A program made the position numbers and the translations under genes. DNA of 64,000 nucleotides, taken from Cenococcum geophilum (taxonomy: Eukaryota). Positions 1-12,339 of the stretch are shown piece by piece. Within the stretch, counting starts at the first letter, position 1, and the number at the start of each line of letters is the position of its first letter. The notes under the pieces were generated by a model. That model saw only the letters and a list, made by a program, of their open reading frames with translations, searched no databases and was not told the DNA's origin. The DNA is taken from assembly GCA_050273025.1 (NCBI GenBank), contig CP158635.1, forward strand, positions 5,456,001 through 5,520,000, written 5' to 3'.

Positions 1-322
1 ATTAGTGGAGCTATATAATAAGGAATAGTAACCGAGGTTACGTAATATAATCTATATAATCTGTAGAATCTATATAATTCGTAATAGAGTAAATAGAGCA
101 CACATATATTATGTATAAGAAGGATTTTATAGGAGTATAGTTGTGTATTTAAGGACCCTTAGTCCCTACCTAGATAGTTCCTTCCTTATAGTAATTCTTA
201 GAATATAATTAGAGTTAATCTGTTAGGCAACCACTCTACCAGTTATTATTACTCGTTAACCTCTATACTTGCATTACCTACATACCTAGCCCAATAACGA
301 GCCTATTGTAGTTCTTGCTACA
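1..322 (+). mobile_element. 3' part of a Gypsy-family LTR inserted into a Copia RT
   Basis: Ends in ...GTTCTTGCTACA and is followed directly by Copia RT codons. Its reverse complement aligns with the LTR at 13032-13134/19175-19300 (gggctaggtat, actggtagagtggttgcctaacagattaac, gaactatctaggtag). Confidence 0.7.
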
Positions 323-1560
323 AGGTTCCGTTATAAGAAGGACGGCGTTACTTTTATAGGCCTACTGCTTAAGGCTCTCTATAGTCTTAAGTAGGCGCTA
401 TATCTTTAGTATAAGGAGCTTAAGAGCTTCCTTATTACCCTTAAATATATACCAATTCTAGCTAACCTATACGTCTTTATTAGCCAGCAAAGCGGCCAAA
501 TTATTATCGTCTACGTTAACAATTTTATCTTAATTAGACGAGATATACGGATAAATAAACTGCTTAAAGAAGCACTTAAGAATAAGTATAAAGTAAAAGA
601 CTTAGGCCCAATTGCGTACTACCTAAGTATTCAAATTATAAGGAACCGCTAGGCGCGATTAACTCAACTAGTATAAGACGCCTATATTAGAAAAATCCTA
701 CATACGTTCTATATAGAAGACTACGTACTAGCCTCTATACTAATTTACCCATTTATAGTAGACTTTAAGCTACATAAGCTTAAGGATTAAGCTCCGCTAG
801 AGCTAGTAAAACGGTATTAATTGCTAATAGGCTCTCTACTATATCTATATAATTAGACTCGGCCTAATATAGCCTAGGCTATAGGAAAGCTCTATTAGTT
901 TCTATATAATCCTACCAAACTATATATAGACGCCGCGATATAGATACTCACCTACTATATAGGGATAATCGACTTAGGTATAGAGTTTGGCTTACCCTAA
1001 GGGTAGCAGCCACCTCTAAAAGCCTTCGCTAAAGTGTTAGCTATAGACTATACTATGCCTAATTACAATAGGGAGTATAGCGGAAGCGCACTAGGTAATA
1101 TACCTAACCTATAACTACACGGCTATAGCGATACAGTATTCGCAGATGCGGTCGATAGAAAGTTAACTTCTAGCTATATTTATAAGCTAGTAGGTAGCCT
1201 AGTTTTATATAAATTAAATAAGTAGTTAATTCTTACAACCTCTACTATAGAGGCTAAGTACGTAGCAATAACGTATGCGGCTAAGGAAGCCTTATAGCTC
1301 TATTAATTGCTTACTAATTTAGGCTACACCGGAAAGGATTTACTACCGATATATTTATATGGCGATAATTAACCAGCTATAAGCCTTACTAAAAGCGACG
1401 ACTACCACGCGCGTACTAAGCACTTTAAGCTATACTAGCACTATATTTATAACAAGGTTTAAAGCGGCGTAATCCACTTATGGCACGTTTCTATAAGCAG
1501 TATAGTAGCAGACAGTCTTAGTTATAAAGCTACTATTAACGACTTAGTTTAGGAACTTTG
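323..1560 (+). pseudogene. Ty1/Copia reverse transcriptase-RNase H remnant (RIP-inactivated)
   Basis: De-RIP motifs in order: KALYGLKQAP, IIVYVDD, KDLGP, IGSLLYL..TRPDIA, GYSDA.FAD, STxEAEYVA, GDNQPAI, RTKHF, VADGL. Confidence 0.9.
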
Positions 1561-1859
1561 TTAAGCAGCTAGGCCTTATTTAATGCGATATAGACACTAA
1601 ACCTAAGTAGGAAATTATATATAGGTCGGCAAAACCTCGGAGGGTACGCCATTTAATAACTCTAACTAATGCTAACGACTTTTAAATAGGGGATGGGAAC
1701 GATGTAGAGCTTATAATAAGTAATTGATTACAGATTAGGGAGAGGTTAAATAGGACCTATAATACACTCGGAGGATTATAAGGTATTTCTTTTATATATA
1801 AACAAGTTTAATACTAATTTAGCAAGGATCTGCTTCTGTTTTAGTGGAGCACTAGGGGG

Positions 1860-2162
1860 TATAACGATAGTACTAGAGGAGTCCTCCACATGCGTCTCCT
1901 GCTTACATAAGCAGAGTCCCTTCTTATTTAGTCTCCGCAGCAACTACTTCGGTATCCATAGTAGTCACTCCGGACCCCGTAGATATAGGCCTATATTAAG
2001 GCCTATATTCCTTATAGACAGATTCTATAGCTTTATTCATTTATTTAATATCATTCAGTTTATTAAATTCAAGGCACTATAGCACTAGGAAATACGTTAA
2101 GATAGGGCAAATAGTAGGGCGACGTCGGCTTTAACTTACTAACTAATAATAGGGACGTTATA
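1860..2162 (+). repeat. 3' LTR of the Copia element
   Basis: Follows a purine tract (AGGGGG). Starts TATAACG and ends CGTTATA, which are RIP versions of TGTAACG...CGTTACA. Confidence 0.6.
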
Positions 2163-2292
2163 TCGATAATAAGGCGCGTTTAACGTGGAAATGAGTTAGT
2201 TATCTCACAGTTTTACACATTAGGTTGGGCGCAAAAATCGGGGATCTACATGCCAAGGATTCTAATTCATTTTGCAAACGACTAATACAATA

Positions 2293-4657
2293 CTCGGGCC
2301 CCGTCGGGTTCTTCGAATGCTGCGCAGCCCCCACCTAGTGGGGGCCTACGCCCTCAACACAAAAACACCCTCAATACAAAATAATTCGTAACTTTATATA
2401 TATTAGGCCAATTGCCACCAAACTAGGTTAGAATTGAAGCTATTCGCAAGGCGAATCTATTGGAAGGGTCCCTTCTATCTAATCTTCTTCTGGTGTTGCA
2501 CTTCGGGGCCGTTTTACCACGGCGTACGCTTTTATCTTAGCTACGCGTTTTCTTCCTACCTGGGTTATTAGGCCCATAGCTTTACGTATAAAGCCCCTTG
2601 TGCATATAGGAAGGGCCTCGGGCCTATAGTTATGCACCTAAAACACGCGCGATAGAGGGCGGTAATTGCCCTTAAAGATATATACGGGTTGGAGTTTCTT
2701 CTGGGTGAACTTTATAAGCGTAGGAAGAACCTCTATATAGAACTTTTGCTCGGCCCTTTTTCTTTAGAGTTCTAGCTTAGCTATAAAAGCTAAAGCTTCT
2801 TCCTATTAAGCGTTATTTTGGCGTTATTTCTTCATACGCCGAGCGTCCTTAGCGTATACAGGCACTCCAGCTAGGAGGATCTTCCGGCTGCCCAATTTAC
2901 GGCTATTATACGCAGCCTGCGCAGCCTGCGTCTTTAATAGCTCTCCTTTAAATAAGGCGCTAGTATAGGCTTATGCACGGGCGCCTTTAAGAGTCGTCTT
3001 AATTGCTTTAAACGAACGATAAGGTAACTTAGGCCAAATCTTGTCATCTAAAAGAGCGTTAGATTGGCGCTTTAATATATAAACAGTTAACGGAGTATGC
3101 TAACCTTGGCCGCCAGGTGATGGAGGTATAGGCCCTCTACCTACCTCGGCCATACGTCGGTTAAAATTCTGTATATCTTAGGGGACCTAATATATATCAT
3201 CCGTTCTAGGGCTAGATTGCCCTATAGAAGGGCCTCTAAGGGCCTTTAAGGCCCTCTCTAGTTTATCTAGGATGGAAGGATCGACGTATGGGTGCTTAGC
3301 TTTCTTATGTACTTATACTTCTTAGCGCTATAGCCACGTAAGAATAACCTTAGGTTTAAATGGAACTATTCTAGTCTTCTGCCAGGCGCCTATAATAGTA
3401 TACTAGGTAAAGGTCTTATAACGGATCTAGCCTATAGCTGCTAGGAACTTAGTTTTTGTAAATTCCCTTCCGGTATACCGAGCTGCCGTATTAAGAGCCT
3501 GGCTATAATGATATTTAAGTGGCTAAAAACAACCTACATCCAATAGCTGCAGAAAATGTGTTGTATGAGGGGGTAGCCCATATAGATGTATTCTATGGCC
3601 TTAAGCGTATATTATAACTTCGTATATGTTATAAGAGCCGTAACCGTCTATTAAGAGGAGCCGATTTCTGCCTTAGATTAAGCCCTTAATTTAGTAATAA
3701 AAATGGCGTATATAATTAAGGGCTAATTTATTATTACTGTAACCAGTTTCTAATCTGGCTACTAAATAGCTAGCTAGCAAGTCCGTAAACCATTCCTCCA
3801 TTAAATTCTGGCTAGAAATAATTATTATTAGAGTAATACAATCACTAATTAAGTGTATAGTTTCCACTAGAGTTATAAGCTCTCGACTATTTAAATAAGG
3901 AATAAATATCTCTTATCCTTTCTTTGTCCAAACTAATTAATTCTTTATAATACTAAGACATACGCCGCACTTATTAAAGTTCTAAAAATTAGCTGGTATA
4001 ATTTTATGTTCTTGGTAATAGACTAAGAAGTCATTAAACTATCCTTTAATGTAGGTAGGCTCCTGTGCCTTTTTCTAGGCAGTCTCTATAGGCTTGGCCT
4101 TTGTATGCTTATATAAGGACTTATCCAGATAACGTTATAGCCAGTATATTCCAACCTGTGGAGGAAGTTCGTTGTTATTGTATAGGGTAGTGTAATTTTA
4201 GGCCAAAATTAAATTGGCCGTATTGCGCACTATCTCCTTTCGAATTCCAAATCTAATACTATCTATATGGTTAAGAAATTGCTTTAAGGCAAGCTCCTCT
4301 ACATTATCTAAGCGCCTATTAGGTGCACGACGCGTAGACTTGCTGTTATAGCCTCGATAGGCCCTCTAGAGCTTATTATAGTCGCATTTCTAATCATCTA
4401 AAACTTGCTTTAAATTGGGCTTATGTGGCAGGGCCTTAAGCTCCTTTACAATTTCTATAATCCTCTAAGCTTCAATAGTATATGCATTAACCTTCCGTTT
4501 CGTCATTTTGGGTGCGCAGGAAGGTTATGGCTGTAAAAATACGTGTAGGATTGTATATATAGGATTAATTTTGTATTGAGGGTGTTTTTGTGTTGAGGGT
4601 GTAGGCCCCCACTAGGTGGGGGCTGCGCAGCATTCGAAGAACCCGACGGGGCCCGAG
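2293..4657 (-). mobile_element. pogo/Fot1-type Tc1-mariner DNA transposon, RIP-inactivated
   Basis: 90-bp TIRs (2293-2382 and 4568-4657, CTCGGGCCCCGTCGGG...) with TA on both sides. The minus-strand transposase starts at ATG 4506 and has an HTH-like N-terminus, NFDECG, RLLLMDGHGSH and LPPHTTHFLQPLDVGCF. Confidence 0.95.
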
Positions 4658-4782
4658 TACGCCTGTTGGCGAATTCTTACAGTAACACGCGGTCTTTTGC
4701 ACCTAGCCCACCTGACCAATATGTACTCTAGCAATCGTGTTGCTGAATGCCTTTGAACCCTGTAGTCGATCTCGCGTTATTT

Positions 4783-5259
4783 TCATCTTTCGGCTGCAGA
4801 GTTCGAATCGGTATGAGCTAGGAGTTCGTGTCGCGTTCCGTTTTCGTGGCACTGGTGCACGTTGAAGGATAAAAGGCAGCTGTCAACTCGATGGAAGTCG
4901 ACCCAGAGAGGAGCATTGTATGACAATTCCACCAGATAAGCTTTTGATATCCGGATATGGACTGCTTTACCTCTTAAGCTGGGGAATGAAAGTAAAGGTG
5001 GAATACTACCATCACACTCGAAGCACGCCCACCCTTTAAGCCCTGGCGCATCCGGTTGAAAGCGCGTGTTGATCTTGGTGATCAAACGGCGGAGTTTATA
5101 CCTTTTGAAGTAATACGCACGGCCATTTTAACGTATTTTTTACCTGTTTTTCGGGGTCGTTCGGTTGCATCCCACATTGTAACCGAAATGGGGCTCAGAC
5201 CTGAATATGAGGCTGTTGTTCGGTAGATCTAACGACTTTTGAATATGGAGCTCCTCCAT
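4783..5259 (-). pseudogene. Unidentified ORF in a CpA-retaining (weakly RIPed) island
   Basis: The 100-aa ORF 4783-5085 continues in frame upstream to an ATG near 5259 (MEELHIQK...) through two TAA stops that could be RIPed CAA. No motif recognised. Confidence 0.3.
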
Positions 5260-6454
5260 ATCGGTAAGCGTGTCAAATTTGCAAGCTATACTGTATACAG
5301 TAGTTGAAATGAGGTTTTTTTTTTTAAAAAAAAAACCCCCCCCTATAAAAGGGATATATCTAACTATTATAGTTATTAGTAGGATACTTAGTACTATTTA
5401 TACTAAAGAAAAACGGAAAACTTAGGCTATATATTAACTGTAGATAGTTAAATAGCATTACTAAAAAGGATAGATGTCCTTTACCCTTAATTAGTAAAAT
5501 CTAAAATAGAATAAGTAATATATAAATCTTTATAAAGATAGATCTAAAATAGTAATACTATTAAATTAGAATTAAGGAAGGTAATAAATAAAAAGCAGCC
5601 TTTAGATTAAAGGAAGGACTATATAAACTATTAGTTATATAATTTAGGTTTATAAATATATTAGCGACGTTTTAAAAGCAAATTAATAGTATATTAGGAG
5701 AATACTTTATTATTATTATTATCTACTTAATGACTAAGGAGGAATATAGGGAATATATTAAATAGGTTTTAAAGAGGCTATAGAAAGAATAGATACTAGT
5801 AGTAGTTAAGAAATATAAGTTCTTTATAAGGAAGACCAATTTTATAGGATTTATTATTAAACTAAGTTATATTAGTATAGACCTATAGAAAGTTAAAGCT
5901 ATAATAAACTAGTAAGAACTAGAGAATATTATATAGTTAAGATCGTTTCTAGGATTTTATATTTACTATAAGAGGTTTATAGTATAGTAGTTAAAGAATA
6001 TTAAACCCTTTATAAGGGTTACTAAAAAAGAGGAACTATAGGTATAGGAAAATAAGTAAAGAAAGCTATTTATAGAACTAAAGAGGTTATTTACCTAGGA
6101 ACTAATCCTTAAGATCTATTAATTAAAGCTAAATACAGTTATAGAAACGAGTGTATTAAACTTTATACTAGGAGTATATTTACTATAGAAGCACTATAAC
6201 GTATAGCACCTAATAATATACTATAGTTAAAAGATAACACTACTAAAACTAAACTATAACATCCATGACAAGGAGTTATTAGGTATAGTTATAGTACTTA
6301 AGAAATAAAAAGTATTCTTATAAAGTATAAAGAAACTATTTATAATAAACCCGGATTATAAGAACTTAATAGGGTTCCTAATAATAAAGGAACTTAATTA
6401 AAGATAAGTTAGATAGGTAGAGATGCTTATAGAATACTATTTTAAAAACTAGTA

Positions 6455-8305
6455 ACGTAATCCACAAGCTAGTGGCCTACACAAGCAAGTGGCCCACCCC
6501 ACTAAACAAACACGCGATCGCAAAACGAGGTAATTAGTCAACCACAAATAACTATATTTGGTGTAGCTATATACTAGCTAGCTACCTGCCGTCTAGGGCA
6601 CGTACGTGCTATGTGTTCTGTTAATTTGCATATACTATACTTACGCACTGCCCATTGCGGTCGCTTAGCCGCTGCCTCTGCTACCCCCTCTACTGCCCCC
6701 TTCTAGGCAGCTTGTGTATAAGATAGCCCTTCTACTCTTGATAAAACACCCCCCCTAGCTATATACGTGCGCCTAGTTACCCTCTTTCGTTTTTAGCGCT
6801 AGTTTTCTATATATAGCTTTTAGTTTTCGGTTGCAAGCAGGACAGCGCTTAATATTGCTATTTCGCAACCCTTAATAAGCTAGGTAAGGGCTTACTCTAT
6901 TAGACTTAGTGGACTATATATACGCTATTTGAGATAGCGCCTTAGCAGAACCGTCTACTTTTATAGCTTAGTAATATTATAGGGTGTTTCAGCTGCCTAG
7001 GATACATTTAATCGCGAATATTAGGGTAATAGTGTCTAATATTTAGTATGCAGTAGTAATAGTACGCAATCTGGATTGTATAGAACTAGGCTAGTAGTTG
7101 CAAATCCTGCCTATATATTATTCTAATGTATTACTACCTACCTGGCCTACCTATATATAGGTAGGAATTCGCGTTTATTAATATAGTTAACGCCGCGGCT
7201 TATAATCTATTTAACGAGGTGTCTATAGGCCTACTTTAGTACTAAGAAATAGCCTATGTCTAGTAGCTGCAGTAGATACGATAAATACGCTAGTATATAA
7301 AGAATAACTATCTAGTGATCTAGGCAGAACTAATTAAATTTAGGCGATATATGGCTATTATAGCCATTTAGTACTAGCAGCTAATGCGTGCTAATAGTGC
7401 GATCCTTTATATACTTGTAGAATACCTCTATTAGCCAGGTTAGACCAATCTTATTTATTATCTAGCCATTGTTACTAATACTAATTAACTAGTTGTATAG
7501 TATAATATCATCTTTATACTAAGCAGCCTAATATATTACTACCTTAAAGATAATAAGTAGTGGAATTGCGATCCCTTAGGCATTAATATATTTAATAATT
7601 ATAACCCATTTTTAATTGCCTGGCTATATAGTTTTAGGCTAGCCAGCCCTATTAGTTCTAGTAACGACTTTTACAGTTATAATAACACCTATTTAGTAGC
7701 TGGTTTTATTAAAATTCTAGATATTATTATCTAGAATATTATACTGTATTTTTATATCTTAAACGCATTTAAACCAGGCTTAAATAAGCACAGAATCCTC
7801 GCATTTTGCCCATTAATAGTCGTACTTATAATTATATTTAGATTTTAGATTGTTATAGCGGTTAATAAAATTTTATACCTAGTTCTAGCTAACAGTAATA
7901 GGGTCGGTTTATCTAGTGTATTAGGTAGCTAGAATACTAGCCATCTACTATATGGTCGCAATCCTAGGCGGTATACCATATTAATCTATTAATAGAATTT
8001 ACTGCTTAAGACTCTCTTTTTATATTAGTGTAAGACGGCGATTTAAGGCAGTAGAACCGCGCTATAGTTTAATGCCGCTGACGCGTCACTTAACTATCTT
8101 TCGGGATACGTTATATACCCTCTTAACACCTCGCAAGGATGTAATTTGGCCTAGCTTATAGGCTTAAACACCTAGGTTAACTCTGCCCTCTCGAAAAAGG
8201 TCCTCTTGCTGTTATGGTGCTGCCATTTAGGTAGTTAAATAACGCGTCGCGTGTTTGGTGGGGTGGGCCACTTGCTTATATAGGCCACTAGCTTGTAGAT
8301 CACGT
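6455..8305 (-). mobile_element. Fot1/Pot2-like pogo transposon (1851 bp)
   Basis: About 54-bp TIRs starting ACGT(A/G)ATC with TA TSDs (6453-6454, 8306-8307). The transposase starts at ATG 8226 and shows NFDETG, LDGH.SH, HLLQPLD and a C-terminal CxxC...H...C knuckle. The host Gypsy coding sequence resumes across it. Confidence 0.95.
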
Positions 8306-8720
8306 TATACTAAGGGTACTAAAAAATAAGAGCTGACGCGCTTAGTAGAAAGGCCAAATTATAGAATAATAAGAAGCTATTAGAAGTAATACTACGTAAA
8401 GATAAGGATAGAGCGATTAAATATAATTACCCTAAAATAGCAGCAACTTAAGAAAAAGAAGTAGAAAGAATCTATAAAATACTAAAGAGCTTTTAGGTAT
8501 AAAGAATTTTAGAGGTATATCTAAAAGATTTATAGATAGATATATATAAAAATTAAGAAGCGAAGTATATCTTAAAAAGTATAGTAGAGTATTTTATAGA
8601 AGATTTTTATAAGGGGATAACCTAAGGATATAATAGAGCTATAGGCTTAGTATTAAGACTCTAAAAGGAGTATATTATTAATAGAATCTAGGGCATAGTA
8701 TAAAAAGTTATAAAGGAATA

Positions 8721-8822
8721 TGTAAGAGTACATATATTAAATCCCGCCGCGCTTGTAAATAAGTTCGCGAGCATTCCGTATCTTTTTGGCTATATGGCGA
8801 CGTTAGGGCGGGAAACGTTACA
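8721..8822. mobile_element. 102-bp solo LTR-like insertion
   Basis: TGTAA...TTACA ends with a perfect 5-bp TSD GAATA (8716-8720, 8823-8827), inside the Gypsy integrase region. Confidence 0.85.
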
Positions 8823-10827
8823 GAATATCTAGATTGTTAAAGAAATAAACTAATAAGGTATAAGCCGTATAGAGGGCTATAACCTATTAAAATACTAAAA
8901 AGACTATAGGAGGTTATATTATAAGACTTTATTATTAAGCTCTTAAAATTAAGAGGCCCTATTATAGGATAAGATTATAACTTAATCTTAGTAATAGTAG
9001 ATAAGTTAACTAAGTAGGGCTACTTTATAGTATATATAGAAGGGATATTAATAGAAGATATCGCTAGAATCTATATTAAAGAAGTGTTTATAAGACATAG
9101 AGTACTAAGTAAAATTATATTAGATAGAGACCTAGGATTTATAGTAGTAATTTAGGAGATATTCTTAGCAGAATAAGGGGTTTAAGTAGTAACTTCTATT
9201 ATATATTACCTATAAATGGGCAGTTAAACAGAGAGACTAAACTAGATATTAAAATAGTATCTAAGGCATTATATAAACTACGTATAGAATAATTAGATAT
9301 CACTATTACTAGTTATATAGTTTATATATAATATAATACTATAAAAAGAAATTAATATATTAGTATTTAAGATATATTATAGGCATAAACCTAGAATATT
9401 ATTATCGCTATAATAAGTAAAGAAAATAAGTAGTATAGCTATAAAAAAAGAATAAAGATACTAATAAATCTTTATATAGACCTTATTAAAATAGCTAAGG
9501 TACTATAATATAGAATAAAAAGGTACTATAATACTAAGAGGTCTAAGGGACTAGATCTTAAGGAGGGAGATAAAGTATAGCTACTATATAAAAGTTTTAA
9601 GAGTTAATAACTAAGTAAGAAATTATATTATGTTAGACTAGGACCTTTTAGAATTATATAAAGGATTTTACTAGTTACGTTTAAATTAGATCTATTAGCT
9701 AAGATAAAGATTTACCCTATATAGCATAATATAATACTAAAGCTAGTATACGGGAATATTAAGCTACTAGTTTATAAAGTAAATATATATAGAGGATAAG
9801 AGGATAATAAGTAGAAAAATTTAAAGATTATTAGTTATAAGGATATTAATAATATAATATAAGGTAAAGTAAATAGGCTATAATAAGACTACTTAAAAGC
9901 TATTATAGAACCTAAAAGCGCTATAGGAAAGGTATAGGAGTATTAGGAGAAAATAGGTTAAGTAATATTAAGAAGGAGCTAAAATTAAGAGGATTAGTTA
10001 AGGGTAATAAAGAAGCTATAGGACTAGAGGAATCCACTACTAGCGTATAAACTATTTCTATCTCTTCTTAATTAGAATCCTTTTTAGCCTCCTTAGCCTT
10101 AAGCTTTTACTCTTTTAAATAAACCTTTTTATAAACCTTTTTAAGACGGAGTAACTAAGTGTAAATAGCTAATTAAGTATTAAATATACGCTGCTTTTTA
10201 GTATAAATACGCTTCCTATTATTTTAAAGCTTTTATACTGTATAATTATAGCACTTATTGCACAAAGGAAATACATAAGAAATCCCTCCCGAGTGCCTTC
10301 TAGGCTGCCTTCCAAACGGTGCTTCAAGCTGGCCGTAAGTCCTGCTTACGGCCCGTAAAATAAACCGTACGGCCTTTTAACGGGCCGTAAATAAACCATG
10401 CAGCCTTCTGACAGGCTGTAAAATATAAAAGAAATACGCAAGAAATAAAACTATAAAACACGAGAAATATATATAAAATTCCTCCGTATAACAGGTGCTG
10501 TAATTATACACTGGCGGTACTTGAAAAATAGAACCGCTTGTATATAGCCTCCGTAATTTGCTTTAATAAAACCATAAAATGCAAAATATATAAAAATAAA
10601 ACCATAAAATATAAAAGAAATGCGTAAAAATAAAACTATAAAACATAAAGAAATACATAGGAAATTCCTTCTAAGGTGCCGTTTAGGCTGCCTTCCTAAC
10701 GGTGCTTTAAGCTGGCTGTAAGTCCTGCTTACGGTCCGTAAATAAACCGTACGGCCTTCCGATAGGCCGTAAATGAACCATAAGTACTCCGTAAAGCTAG
10801 GTAAGCTCACTTAATAAGCCTAACGGG

Positions 10828-12339
10828 CTAATACGCCTCAACTGGAACGGCTTTTCGGCTGACGGGTGGTCGAAACGGCGGTGCAGGCGGTGGGTTTTGG
10901 TACTGCTGGCGGTAGCGGCGGTCCGTGAAGAAGGTAGTATATGCTCCTTGACTGGAGTGTTCCTTCTCCCATATAACGGGCTCCTTAGCTATAGGCTTTG
11001 CCTTATGTAGCTCGTTTTGGGGAAGGCAGGGGTCGTACATAGGTTGGTCCATATGCAGTGGGGGGAGGGTAGAGGCGGTTGCCGCAGGTAGTGATTGCTG
11101 GGCAGGTTGCGGAGGTTTGTACGAGCTTGGCTGCCGTGGCTCCTTGGCCTTGGTTAACGAATAGGGTAAGACTAGCGGAGCTTGCGCGGATAGGTCTTGC
11201 GCGGATGGGGCTTGCGCAGGCGGAGCTTGTACAGGCGGAGCTTGTGCGGACGGAGCTTGTATGGGTGGAGCTTGTACGGGCGGAGTTTGTATAGGCGGGG
11301 CTTGTGCGGGTAGGGCTTGCGCGGACGAGGCTTGCGCAGGCGGAGGTTGCGCGGACGGAGGTTGCGTAGGCGGAGCTTGTAGGGACGGAGCTTGCGCGGG
11401 CGGAGCTTGTATAGGCGGGGCTTGTGCGGGTAGGGCTTGCGCGGACGAGGCTTGCGCAGGCGGAGGTTGCGCGGACGGAGGTTGCGTAGGCGGAGCTTGT
11501 AGGGACGGAGCTTGCGCGGGCGGAGCTTGCGCAGACGGAGCTTGTGCGGGTAGAGCTTGTGTAGACGGAGCTTGTCCGGACGGAGCTTGTGTAGACGGAG
11601 CTTGCGCAGGCGGAGCTTATACGGACGGAGCTTATAGGCCTATTACGTTATCGTCTTGAGGGTTAAGCTCCTTTTGATCGGTCGCTTGATCTTGATTTCT
11701 ACCAGAGTCCACCTGTCGATTTCCACTGGAGTCTACCTGTCGATTTCCACCAGAGTCCACTTGTTGATTTCCACCAGAGTCCACTTGTCGATTTCCACTA
11801 GAGTCTACCTGAGTCTCGTCCTTATCTGACGTTTCAATAGTCTCTTCCTTTATCGTCTCGTCTAGTTCTTCTTTTGACGTTGTATATAGCAAAAGTCCTA
11901 TTTCTCCAGGCAATGGTGGATTTATAAGTATTGAAGGTCCTATAAAGATCCAGTTAAGTTTCATAGAGGCAAAGAATCCATTGGTATTGATGTGGTCTAG
12001 GACTTCCTCTTTAGTCCATTCCGTTTGGTCCTCCTCACACAGTGTATCGTATAAAGACTGTGCAATGGTAACTCGCTTGTTGACCCATACACCTCGGTAA
12101 CGTAAAAGGGTTCGTAAGTTATAGGTAGCTATACGGTCGCAAGTCTTAAAGATAGCTTCCGTAAAGTCCGCGAAGTCTTCCTAGTATTGCTCCTATAGGT
12201 CAACATTCATAAGCTTAAAATATTCATATTCAAGAACTTTAAATTTAATGTAGTTGTTAACGTTAGGTATAGACATAAGGTCGACTCCCTGCCTCCACTT
12301 TTCCTAACCTTCATCGACTTGCTTTCTTAGGTCTGCCAT
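10828..12339 (-). pseudogene. Truncated Gag fused to QVDSGGN and QAPPA repeats and a short integrase fragment (about 504 codons with RIP stops)
   Basis: ATG 12339, ORF 11632-11964 and ORF 10828-11052 are in one frame. The N-terminus matches gag at 18512, FTDRRYRQQY matches about 17240-17265, and KAVPVEA matches the integrase at about 15845-15866. Confidence 0.75.
11175..11635 (-). repeat. 15-bp minisatellite (GGCGGAGCTTGCGCA-like) encoding QAPPA pentapeptides, with a 120-bp higher-order duplication
   Basis: Direct tandem units. 11290-11409 is repeated at 11410-11529. Confidence 0.9.

Noticed and set aside
11079..11659. Plus-strand ORFs with GGAC/AELV repeats resembling a Cys-rich or metallothionein-like protein
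   Set aside because: They are antisense readings of the 15-bp minisatellite. The meaningful frame is the minus-strand Gag fusion.
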